Shown piece by piece: positions 29,138 to 37,785 of a DNA stretch of 64,000 bases. The translations under genes were made by a program, and so were the position numbers. The notes beneath the pieces were generated by a model. The model worked only from the letters and a program-made list of their open reading frames with translations, was not told the origin of the DNA and did no database searches. This DNA is from Candidatus Heimdallarchaeota archaeon (GTDB lineage: Archaea; Asgardarchaeota; Heimdallarchaeia; JABLTI01): positions 1-64,000 of the forward strand of contig JABCTZ010000036.1 in NCBI GenBank assembly GCA_018238155.1, read 5' to 3'. Each line of letters starts with the position of its first letter. The stretch's first letter is position 1.

Positions 29138-29380
29138 TTTCTATTTTACTTTATTCTGTCCCTGCGTTTTTTCCAAACAAATAATACGCTTATTTAATTC
29201 TGCTTTTGTTCTCTCGTTTCTTTTTAATAGTTTCTTCAAAAAATGATCAATTTTCAAATCAAATATAGTAATTATAATATATCTAACATAAAATATCTTA
29301 GTCACTAAGAGTGACCTCAATTTGAGACCACAAAAAGTGAATCTCTCTTTTTAAGTAGTATATTGTTGTTAGTTTAATGA

Positions 29381-29566
29381 CTTAGTGGGTCGGTCCAAAT
29401 ATTTGATGGTTCAGTTCCTTCTCTTTCATTAAATTCGCTTAATTTCGGAGGAAACAAAATGAAAATAAAATTTGTAATACAGTCAAGTGGTATAACACTT
29501 AAGATGGGTAATGTAAGCTTAATAATTGGGAGAAATATGGCAATCAAATTATTGATTCATATTTAA
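29381..29566 (+). pseudogene. probable FeoA-like remnant or small ORF
   Basis: in-frame LNSLNFGGNKMKIKFVIQSSGITLKMGNVSLIIGRNMAIKLLIHI* resembles the FeoA C-terminal half; in-frame TGA at 29378-80; ATG 29459 has GGAGG upstream. Confidence 0.4.
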
Positions 29567-29800
29567 TATAATTAGAGCTCATTAGTCAAATTTCAAACAA
29601 ATTGCTAATCTTTTATTCTGTGGTCACTTTATTTGAAATGAATGACAACTTGTGAACAGTAACAGAGAACAAATAAAAATTAAATATCTATATAATTTGA
29701 TACTACGAAATCGCCTTTAATACAACTTTTAAAAATGTAAAAATAGAATTATTATTACAGTTTTTGGATGTAACAAAAAATCAAGTGATAGTGAATACTG

Positions 29801-30502
29801 ATGTCCCAACAAGAGAAGATCAAAGAAATGATTGATACAGCTTATGATTTTGATGATGAAGATTTAATGAACGATAATTTTCTTTCGAAACCTGAAAGAG
29901 TTGCTCAAGATCTTGCTAAAATGGATAAAGAGCTTATCTTTCCAATTCTAATTGAAATGATTAAACCAGAAAATGAAGGTTATATTCGTTCATTAATAAT
30001 TCTGGTTCTTGGGGATATCAAAGATTCACGATCTGAGAGAATCCTAGTTGATTTATTACAGTTTGATAGAGATTCTGCAATTAGAAAAGAAGCTGCCTCT
30101 TCTCTATCTAGAAAAAAATCACCAGAAGTTGTGATTGTACTTGTTACTGCTCTACACAAAGATGAAAATGCAGATGTTAGAGCAGAGGTTGCATTCAGTC
30201 TTTCTACTTTAGAACCTGAAGGTTGGTTAGATCAATTTAGGCAAGCTTGGCTTGTGGAAAAAAAAGCTATTGTAAGATTTCGTTTAGCGCGAGAATTAGC
30301 TGTAGTTGAGGGTGAAAAGAGTCAATATATGAAAGCATTACTTGAAATGAAAGATAAAAATCAATTATCAGAGTTTCAAAAGGAAAGTGTAGAACGCCTT
30401 CAAGCAGATTTTCAACGTGAAGATTTGAAAGAAGTAAAAGATGTTATGAAAGAATTTTACGATGATGATGACGATCTAGATTTATCTGAGCTATTTGGAT
30501 GA
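29801..30502 (+). CDS. HEAT-repeat protein with acidic C-terminal tail
   Basis: DRDSAIRKEAASSL and DENADVRAEVAFSL repeats; ends DDDDDLDLSELFG. Confidence 0.8.
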   Translation: MSQQEKIKEMIDTAYDFDDEDLMNDNFLSKPERVAQDLAKMDKELIFPILIEMIKPENEGYIRSLIILVLGDIKDSRSERILVDLLQFDRDSAIRKEAASSLSRKKSPEVVIVLVTALHKDENADVRAEVAFSLSTLEPEGWLDQFRQAWLVEKKAIVRFRLARELAVVEGEKSQYMKALLEMKDKNQLSEFQKESVERLQADFQREDLKEVKDVMKEFYDDDDDLDLSELFG

Positions 30503-30604
30503 ATAAGGTGGTATTTTTATTCTCTATTTTTAGAGATTTATTGTGGAAAACGTTTGTTGCTAAACTTTTTTTCCACAATTATTTATTCTTGAAAGTGTTG
30601 AAAG

Positions 30605-31186
30605 ATGACTGATAAAGAGAACCAAACATTCTTTCTTTCAGGAAAGAATTCAAAGATTTATTTAGAAGTGGATAAGGCAAAAAATGGACAAGATGTTTTA
30701 GTAAAAGAACTTGTAAAACAGCAAATCCGTCCGTCAAATGATATTTGGATTGCTTATCTTACAACTATTATTGGTAAACTTGCAAGAACAGTTGAAAATA
30801 ATGATCAAAGAACACTTGAGAGCTTAATGATAAAATTAATTGCCCAATTAATGATTTGGTTAGAGTTCGTAAGAAATGATAATCTTGAAGATTTAACCAT
30901 TAAAACAAAGAATGTTCATAATCCTAGTTTTAATACCGTTTTTGTTAAATTAACTGGTGAACTCTCAAATACTATCTTGAAAAATAATAATAGAACGATT
31001 CAAAACAAACTTGCAATGTTCCAAGTATTCTGTGATAAATGGATAGAAAGATTAGATGCTCCATCGATAAAAATAATGAATAAAAAAACACTCAACAAAG
31101 AAGAAATCTATGAAAAATATTGGAAGCTAGATGACAATATAATTAAGGATTTTGAAGAGGTATTTGCCGGTTTGGATTTTGAATAG
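30605..31186 (+). CDS. hypothetical protein with two degenerate MazG-like helical repeats
   Basis: WIAYLTTIIGKLARTV...LIAQLMIWLE and VFVKLTGELSNTI...FCDKWIE. Confidence 0.55.
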   Translation: MTDKENQTFFLSGKNSKIYLEVDKAKNGQDVLVKELVKQQIRPSNDIWIAYLTTIIGKLARTVENNDQRTLESLMIKLIAQLMIWLEFVRNDNLEDLTIKTKNVHNPSFNTVFVKLTGELSNTILKNNNRTIQNKLAMFQVFCDKWIERLDAPSIKIMNKKTLNKEEIYEKYWKLDDNIIKDFEEVFAGLDFE

Positions 31187-31410
31187 CAAAAACAAAATTT
31201 TCTTTTTGTTAGAGTTATGTCTATTTATAAAGAGAAGGATACCCTTACTATTACTTGAACCTGTCATTTGTCGGTCAAATCAGCAAGGTTCATAGCTGGT
31301 GTTGTGCTGGTAAAGCTTTCTTTCATCAATTCGAACATCCCCAAAGAAAGAAAAAACTCTTCACATCTAAAATCCAGCACAAATCAACTAGCTATTTTGT
31401 CGTATTTACC

Positions 31411-32427
31411 TCAGTCCTCTTCTCTCAAAGATTCCTCAATCTCTTCAAGTAGTGCCTTTGCAGAGTCTTGAACTAATTCGTATTTATCCTCTCGAGCAAT
31501 TTTTTTAATAATTGGTATCAGTGTATCTAGATGTTTTTCAGAGGGTTTTTGATGCCAAAGAAGGGTTGATGTTTCAAGTGCGGACATACGTACCCGCCAC
31601 TGTCTGTCTTTAACAATGATCACAAGTAATTCTTCCATTATGTCCCACCCTCCGGCAGTTATTATTGGTAATAATACTAAGATTCGTAGAGAAGTATTAG
31701 GATCTTCTTTCAATATTTTGAGAAGAAAAGGAACTGATTCTTTAATTATATTTGGATTTTCACTTACAATTAAATATAAAGCACTCGCAGCTTCATATTG
31801 ACCAATTCGTCCTAATAAAGGGAATGGGTAGCTTTTACGATCCATAGACTTTAAAATTTCCTTAACAGCAAATTTATCATCTGCTTCAGCCAAAGCTTTG
31901 CTTGCTTCTCGAATAACTAGCTGGTTTTGGTCTTTCCTTAAAACTTTACCAAGTAATTTAATTGCATTTAGTGCTTTGTTTTTCTTTACGAACTTTCCAA
32001 TAATAGATACAGCATCAAGTCTTACTTTATAACTTAAATCATAACGAGCTATTGGTTTGATTATCGGTAAAATTTTTTTGATAACTTCTTTATCATTGAG
32101 AGCAATTTCTCCCAATAACTCAAGACCTCTCGACCGTTTTTTCCTTTGAAAAGATTTCAAGAGTTTTTTCAAAGCAGGTATCGCGGGTTCACCTATCATT
32201 ATTACTGTTTCTTCAGCTAGCCCTTGAAGAATGAAATCTTTTCTTCCATTAATAATTTTCATTAACTCTTCTAGAGCTGCTTCTGCATTCAAACCTAAAT
32301 CACATAGTTCCTTAACAGCATCTTTTTTCTCTTTAGCAGATTTGCTTTTTTGGAGAACACTAATACATTCATCAACTCTTACTTTAATTTCAGTCAAAAT
32401 TAAACACACCAAGAATTTGTTAAACAC
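31411..32427 (-). CDS. HEAT-repeat protein
   Basis: IGEPAIPALKKLL, DQNQLVIREASKAL, DRQWRVRMSALE. Confidence 0.8.
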   Translation of the reverse strand: MFNKFLVCLILTEIKVRVDECISVLQKSKSAKEKKDAVKELCDLGLNAEAALEELMKIINGRKDFILQGLAEETVIMIGEPAIPALKKLLKSFQRKKRSRGLELLGEIALNDKEVIKKILPIIKPIARYDLSYKVRLDAVSIIGKFVKKNKALNAIKLLGKVLRKDQNQLVIREASKALAEADDKFAVKEILKSMDRKSYPFPLLGRIGQYEAASALYLIVSENPNIIKESVPFLLKILKEDPNTSLRILVLLPIITAGGWDIMEELLVIIVKDRQWRVRMSALETSTLLWHQKPSEKHLDTLIPIIKKIAREDKYELVQDSAKALLEEIEESLREED

Positions 32428-32589
32428 TAAATAACACTTTAAATTCTATTGTTCTCGATATAAAAGTTCCAAACTTTATTTAGATTTCTGTTACAAAAAA
32501 AATCAATTATAGATATGTATTATACTTTTTTAATTTCGAGTAGAAAAGTAATTAAGTTAACACCGTTTCTGAAGAAACGAGGAATTTTT

Positions 32590-33003
32590 TTGAGTTTTGA
32601 GTTCAAAGATCATACAGCAGATACTATTGTTTATGCAAAAGGAGAGAATTTACAAGAAGCATTTGAACAAGCTGCTTTGGGTACCTATGAGGTAATGACT
32701 GATATTTCTCTTATCGAAACATCCCTTTCAAAGGAGGTAAACATAAAATCTGAAGATTTAAAATCATTACTTTTTGATTGGATTGATCAGTTAATTTATC
32801 TATTTGATACTGAGTATTTCATCTCAAGTAAAGTTTCTATTCTTGAGTTCGGTATTAGTGGTAAATTTTTCAAAATTTATGCTATATTGGAAGGAGAAGA
32901 ATTTAAAATTGGAAAGCATTCACAAAAAAGTGAAGTAAAAGCAATGACCTATTCCTTCATGGAAGTTGGAGAAAATTACGTAGAGTTTACTCTAGACTTG
33001 TAG
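32590..33003 (+). CDS. archease (RtcB cofactor)
   Basis: FEFKDHTAD, SEVKAMTY, C-terminal LDL; start placed at TTG 32590. Confidence 0.92.
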   Translation: MSFEFKDHTADTIVYAKGENLQEAFEQAALGTYEVMTDISLIETSLSKEVNIKSEDLKSLLFDWIDQLIYLFDTEYFISSKVSILEFGISGKFFKIYAILEGEEFKIGKHSQKSEVKAMTYSFMEVGENYVEFTLDL

Positions 33004-33076
33004 AGTTACAGTTTAAACATTCTTTGGTAATAACAAAACTAAAAAGCAAGAAAATAGAATTTCAAAGAGTGAGAAT

Positions 33077-34741
33077 ATGTCTTCGAAACGCAACCTAGTC
33101 AATGAATTACTCAAAAGAAATTGCCTAATAACTCCTGATTGTTATGAGATTTTAGAGGATGTAGATGATGCTACTTTTGATTTAGACCGGTTAGCGAATG
33201 CTTTGAAAAATGAACTTGTTATCACTGCTGAGAAATTGCGTGAAGCTCTTCAATCATTTGAAGAGTTTTTATCTGAAGGCGAAACCTTTGAATCTGAATC
33301 CACAAATGATGTAGATTTAGATCAATCTGAAATGGACGTTGAACTATCTTCTAAAAAAGAGAAAGAATCTCTTGATAATAATCTTTCAACCTCAAAAGAG
33401 AATGAAACAATAGTTGCGGCACCGATTAAAAATCTTTCAAAAGATCTTACAAGACAATTTGAGCCTATCGGTAGCAATATTGACACACAAATAAAGATAC
33501 TCCATGAATCATCCGGACAAACAACCATCGATGGGACACTAAATGATTTTGGCAGATATTTTTCTAGTAGATTTAAGCAGTTGAGTGCTATTTTGAGGAA
33601 AAGAGGTGATATTGGTGGTTCGTTTCGTATTGGAGACTTGAAGAAATCAAAAATTGATGATAATGAACGAATTGGCATCTTAGGAATGGTAACAACAAAA
33701 GTTTCATTAAAAAATGGCGGAATGTTATTTGAAATTGAGGATCCAACAGGTAGTATTACAATTACGATTTCTGCTAAAATGCAAGAATTACTAGTTAAAG
33801 CAGGAGCATTACTTCAAGATCAAGTTGCTTGTTTTTTTGGAAAGATTTATGGTGACCGGATGGTTCTCGAGGACTTTGTTTTTCCTGATCTTCCATTAAG
33901 TAGCAGAACAAAGACTGTGAAGGATCCAGTTAGTGTTTGCATGACCAGTGACTTACATATCGGGAGCAAAGAATTTCTGGAAGGCTCATTTAATAATTTG
34001 ATAGATTTCTTGAATGGACGGATAGATGACCCTTATCAACAAACACTGGCAAGTCAAGTAAAATATCTTATTGTTGGTGGTGATGTTGTAGAAGGAATCG
34101 GAATTTATCCAAAACAAGAAGATGATTTGATTATTACTGATATTTATAGACAATATGACAAAGCCGCTGAATTATTAGCAAAAATTCCTAATTGGATTCA
34201 CATAATTATCATTTCTGGTAATCATGACGCTTGTAGATTAGCTTTACCTCAACCCGCAATAGGAAGGGAGTATGCACCAAAATTATGGGCTATGAAAAAT
34301 GTTAGTATGCTATCTAATCCCTCCACAGTTAATATTCACGGGAAGGTCTTTCTTCTTTATCATGGGAACTCATTCGAAGATGTTTCTTCTTTGACACCTG
34401 GATTAAGTATGAGCGATGCAAATGGGCCAATGATTTATACTCTAAGATATAGGCACCTAGCTCCAACTTATGGGAGAAGAAGCAGTGTTGTTCCTAGTTT
34501 AAAAGATGAATTAGTTATTGAACATGTTCCGGATGTTTTTCATACTGGACATATTCACATAAACGCTCATACGCGATATAGAGGTGTTGACTGTATTAAT
34601 TCGGGAACTTTTCAATCGCAAACTGATTACATGCAATCAAAAAACATAAATCCAACTCCAGGCAGAGTTCCAATAATGAATCTACAATCAGGTAAATTTC
34701 ATGAGCTTATTTTCTATGACCCAAAAGAAGACAAACAGTAA
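33077..34741 (+). CDS. polB: DNA polymerase D small (proofreading) subunit DP1
   Basis: OB fold EDPTG, SDLHIGS, GDVVEGIGIYP, GNHD, YHG, RHLAP, HTGHIH. Confidence 0.95.
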   Translation: MSSKRNLVNELLKRNCLITPDCYEILEDVDDATFDLDRLANALKNELVITAEKLREALQSFEEFLSEGETFESESTNDVDLDQSEMDVELSSKKEKESLDNNLSTSKENETIVAAPIKNLSKDLTRQFEPIGSNIDTQIKILHESSGQTTIDGTLNDFGRYFSSRFKQLSAILRKRGDIGGSFRIGDLKKSKIDDNERIGILGMVTTKVSLKNGGMLFEIEDPTGSITITISAKMQELLVKAGALLQDQVACFFGKIYGDRMVLEDFVFPDLPLSSRTKTVKDPVSVCMTSDLHIGSKEFLEGSFNNLIDFLNGRIDDPYQQTLASQVKYLIVGGDVVEGIGIYPKQEDDLIITDIYRQYDKAAELLAKIPNWIHIIIISGNHDACRLALPQPAIGREYAPKLWAMKNVSMLSNPSTVNIHGKVFLLYHGNSFEDVSSLTPGLSMSDANGPMIYTLRYRHLAPTYGRRSSVVPSLKDELVIEHVPDVFHTGHIHINAHTRYRGVDCINSGTFQSQTDYMQSKNINPTPGRVPIMNLQSGKFHELIFYDPKEDKQ

Positions 34742-34778
34742 TCCCTTATAATAAGAATCGAAAGCTTTTTGTTCACTA

Positions 34779-35720
34779 GTGCAACCGAGTTGTTTGTGGT
34801 TGATTATGAAAAATCCTTGGTTGCGTATAATGCGCCCCTTTAATTGTTTTCTCATTTCTATGTGTGCTATAGTTGGTTGGGTTGCTGATAAAGGCTTATC
34901 CGCATTTACAGAACATTGGCCTGCATTGATAATGACTTTTATTGGTGGTTGGGCACTAAGTGCTGCAGCAATGATTTTGAATGATTATTTTGATATTGAA
35001 GTGGATATAATTAATCAACCACAAAGACCAATCCCTAATGGAGAAATAAAATCAAAAACAGCCTTAATAGTAGGTATTATTTTAGTTGTTCTTGGAATTT
35101 TGTTTGGTTTAGGCATCGATCTATACAGCTATTATGTTTTAGGTGGTGTTTTTGGTGTTGCTATTGTTTTTGCAATAGTAAATTCAATAATACTTCTAAC
35201 TTATACTAATTTTTTGAAGAAATATTCTATTCTTGGAAATTTAGCTGTATCAATGAGCGTATGGTTTGGATTTATGTACGGTGATTTAGTAGTTGATCTT
35301 CATTTCAATATTTTCCCTGAAACATTGGGTTTCGCAGCTTTTGTTCTTAATTTTGGAAGAGAAATAATGAAAGGCATTATGGATATTGAGGGTGATCGTA
35401 AGAACAATGTAACAACCGTTGCAACTGCTTTTGGAGTTAAGGCAACAGCAGTAATTTCAGCAATAACCTATATTCTTGCAATCAGTTCTGGTTTAATACC
35501 TATTTTTGTTGCAGAAGTAAGTTGGGTATATGTTTCAACCATTTCTTTTGCATTCATTTTAGCGGTAGTATGTGCAATCTGGATTTTAAAAGATCAAAGT
35601 ACCAAATCAATTATTAGAATCAAAACGATTATTCTCATTACAATGCTTGCAGCATTGGTGGCTTTTGCTTTAGAAGCTTTGTTAAGAGGTATAGTTCCAC
35701 CACTTATTATTAGCACTTAA
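34779..35720 (+). CDS. UbiA-family prenyltransferase, likely digeranylgeranylglyceryl-phosphate synthase
   Basis: MRPFN, NDYFDIEVDIINQPQRPIPNG, REIMKGIMDIEGD. Confidence 0.85.
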   Translation: MQPSCLWLIMKNPWLRIMRPFNCFLISMCAIVGWVADKGLSAFTEHWPALIMTFIGGWALSAAAMILNDYFDIEVDIINQPQRPIPNGEIKSKTALIVGIILVVLGILFGLGIDLYSYYVLGGVFGVAIVFAIVNSIILLTYTNFLKKYSILGNLAVSMSVWFGFMYGDLVVDLHFNIFPETLGFAAFVLNFGREIMKGIMDIEGDRKNNVTTVATAFGVKATAVISAITYILAISSGLIPIFVAEVSWVYVSTISFAFILAVVCAIWILKDQSTKSIIRIKTIILITMLAALVAFALEALLRGIVPPLIIST

Positions 35721-35783
35721 TATATTATTAGCTTTAAGAAGAAAAAGAAAAAGGCTAAGAATTAGATTAATACTAATCTTAGT

Positions 35784-36638
35784 TTATTCTATATTAGAAG
35801 GTTTAGAATTTGGTTCTGCAGCTGGAGGCAATTCTGTTGCTCCTTCTACTGGTGCAGCAGGTGCGTTTGTCTTAATTTTTATCTCAATGGACGTTAATCT
35901 TTGGTTTATAAGATCAAATGCTTTTGATAACCTCCCTAGTTCTTCTTTTAGACTTCCAGTGGATTCTACACCTGTGTTTTGTACTTGATTTGCAGATGTT
36001 GCACTTCCTCCGGTAATTGCTGTCCCTTCTAATTGATTTACTTTTGATTCAAGAGCATCTACTGCAGTTAAGAGTGATGGAACACGATCATCATGGGGAG
36101 TTTTTGCCACAGATTCCTCGATTTTGTCTAGTCTATCTATTAGATTAGTGAACATTTCGGCGTCACCTTTGGTTTTATTCTTTGCAAACTCAGCTTCCAA
36201 TCTTGCTACTCGTTCAGTCTCCAAAGATCTTAAGCTGTTGTTAACATCGCCAATGCTCTCTTTCAGCTCTTCTACCATATTTTCTATCGTGTTTTCAATT
36301 AAGTCAATCTTTTGTTTCATTTCTTCAAGTTCAGAAGAATCAATTATGTCCTCAATTGCTTGAGGCGCTGATGTAGGTAAGCTTGTTTCTGCTTGTGTGA
36401 AAAGTTGGTCACAAACATTTCTTAAGGGATATTTATCGATAACAAGTCTTGAATTTTTCAATAATTCATTAGAAGCTTTATTAATTCCATTTTTAGAAAA
36501 TACTGGAACAATAACTTCATTTTCAACACCTCCTCTGAGTAAAAGAGATAAAACCCATCTACCACGGTCTTCAGCAAGTTGCAAATAATACATTGTGCCT
36601 GGAATTTGTATTTTCACTTTATCTATACTTTGTGACAT
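35784..36638 (-). CDS. hypothetical protein: globular N-domain, long coiled coil, Pro-rich tail
   Basis: 284-aa ORF with heptad repeats; no family recognised. Confidence 0.7.
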   Translation of the reverse strand: MSQSIDKVKIQIPGTMYYLQLAEDRGRWVLSLLLRGGVENEVIVPVFSKNGINKASNELLKNSRLVIDKYPLRNVCDQLFTQAETSLPTSAPQAIEDIIDSSELEEMKQKIDLIENTIENMVEELKESIGDVNNSLRSLETERVARLEAEFAKNKTKGDAEMFTNLIDRLDKIEESVAKTPHDDRVPSLLTAVDALESKVNQLEGTAITGGSATSANQVQNTGVESTGSLKEELGRLSKAFDLINQRLTSIEIKIKTNAPAAPVEGATELPPAAEPNSKPSNIE

Positions 36639-36778
36639 CGTAACACCGTTCCTTTCAAAAAGATATTTTGTTTTCTTATGACTTTATGTTAATGAAGAAT
36701 ATATATAAAACTTTACGAGTGGGTAAATTTCAACCAATTTAAAAAAGGAGCTAGAAATAGTTCTAGCTTGTAAAATAT

Positions 36779-37699
36779 TTATTTTTCTAAGAACTCTTGT
36801 ACTTTATAGGCTGCGACACAACCGTCTCCAACAGCAGTAGCAATTTGTTTTATTCGACCACAAACATCACCAATAGCATATACACCAGGGATATTTGTTT
36901 CCATAGTAGCAATATCGGATATGATATAGCCACGATCATCTACTTCAATTTTTAGTTGCTCTGCTAAGACAGTATTTGGCACACTACCATATTCGATGAA
37001 AATCCCTTCAGCCTTCACTTTGTGTTCTTCTTTGCTAGATTTAAAAGTAAATGACTCAACGTATTCTCCACCAGAAATCTCGGATACTCTAGTTTGATAA
37101 TGAATTTCTATATTATCTCGAGTTTTTAATCTATTTTCATAAATAGGTTCTGCACCTAGCTCTTTTCTTGTACAGATTAAATACACTTTAGAAGAAATAT
37201 TAGAAAGATAAATCGCTGCTTTAGCTGCTCCCGTGCCATATCCAAGGACAGCGGTTGGTTTTCCTTGATAAAGAGCTCCATCGCAAACAGCACAATAAGA
37301 CACTCCTTTGCTATAATATTCTTCTTCACCTTTAATTTTCATTTTTTTATGCCGTGCACCCATGCCGAGGATAACTGCTTGAGCTTTAATTGTTTCTTCT
37401 TCCTCAGTTTTTACAATGAATTTTCCATTCTCTTTTTCGATTGAAATAACTCTATCATAAGAAACTTTGGCACCATTTGCTTTGGTTTGTTTTTCCATTC
37501 CTTCCATTAGCTCTAAACCTTGAACTCCTTTTGCAAAGCCGGAATAATTTTCAATCAAACCTAAATTCGCAACTTGAGACTCATAAGGGTTGCCGATTAC
37601 CAAAGTTGACACTCCTGCTCTGGCAGTATATATTCCTGCTGTCAATCCTGCAGGTCCTGCTCCTACAATCACTACTTGATATTCTTTCTTTTGTAACAT
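36779..37699 (-). CDS. trxB: thioredoxin reductase
   Basis: GAGPAGLTAG, GVSYCAVCDG, GVYAIGD, QIATAVGDG. Confidence 0.92.
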   Translation of the reverse strand: MLQKKEYQVVIVGAGPAGLTAGIYTARAGVSTLVIGNPYESQVANLGLIENYSGFAKGVQGLELMEGMEKQTKANGAKVSYDRVISIEKENGKFIVKTEEEETIKAQAVILGMGARHKKMKIKGEEEYYSKGVSYCAVCDGALYQGKPTAVLGYGTGAAKAAIYLSNISSKVYLICTRKELGAEPIYENRLKTRDNIEIHYQTRVSEISGGEYVESFTFKSSKEEHKVKAEGIFIEYGSVPNTVLAEQLKIEVDDRGYIISDIATMETNIPGVYAIGDVCGRIKQIATAVGDGCVAAYKVQEFLEK

Positions 37700-37785
37700 T
37701 TTGTTTGTCTATCCCTTGTTTTATTTTTGCTGTCAAATTTTTGTTGTATACAGAGAACTTTGATGGTAATTAAATATGCTTCTCC

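Noticed and set aside
29141-29257. 38-aa minus-strand ORF (MKIDHFLKKLLKRNER...)
   Set aside because: Too short, TTG start, no recognisable similarity
18940-32430. provirus or integrative element at the tRNAs
   Set aside because: No integrase, transposase, capsid genes or duplicated tRNA 3' ends found
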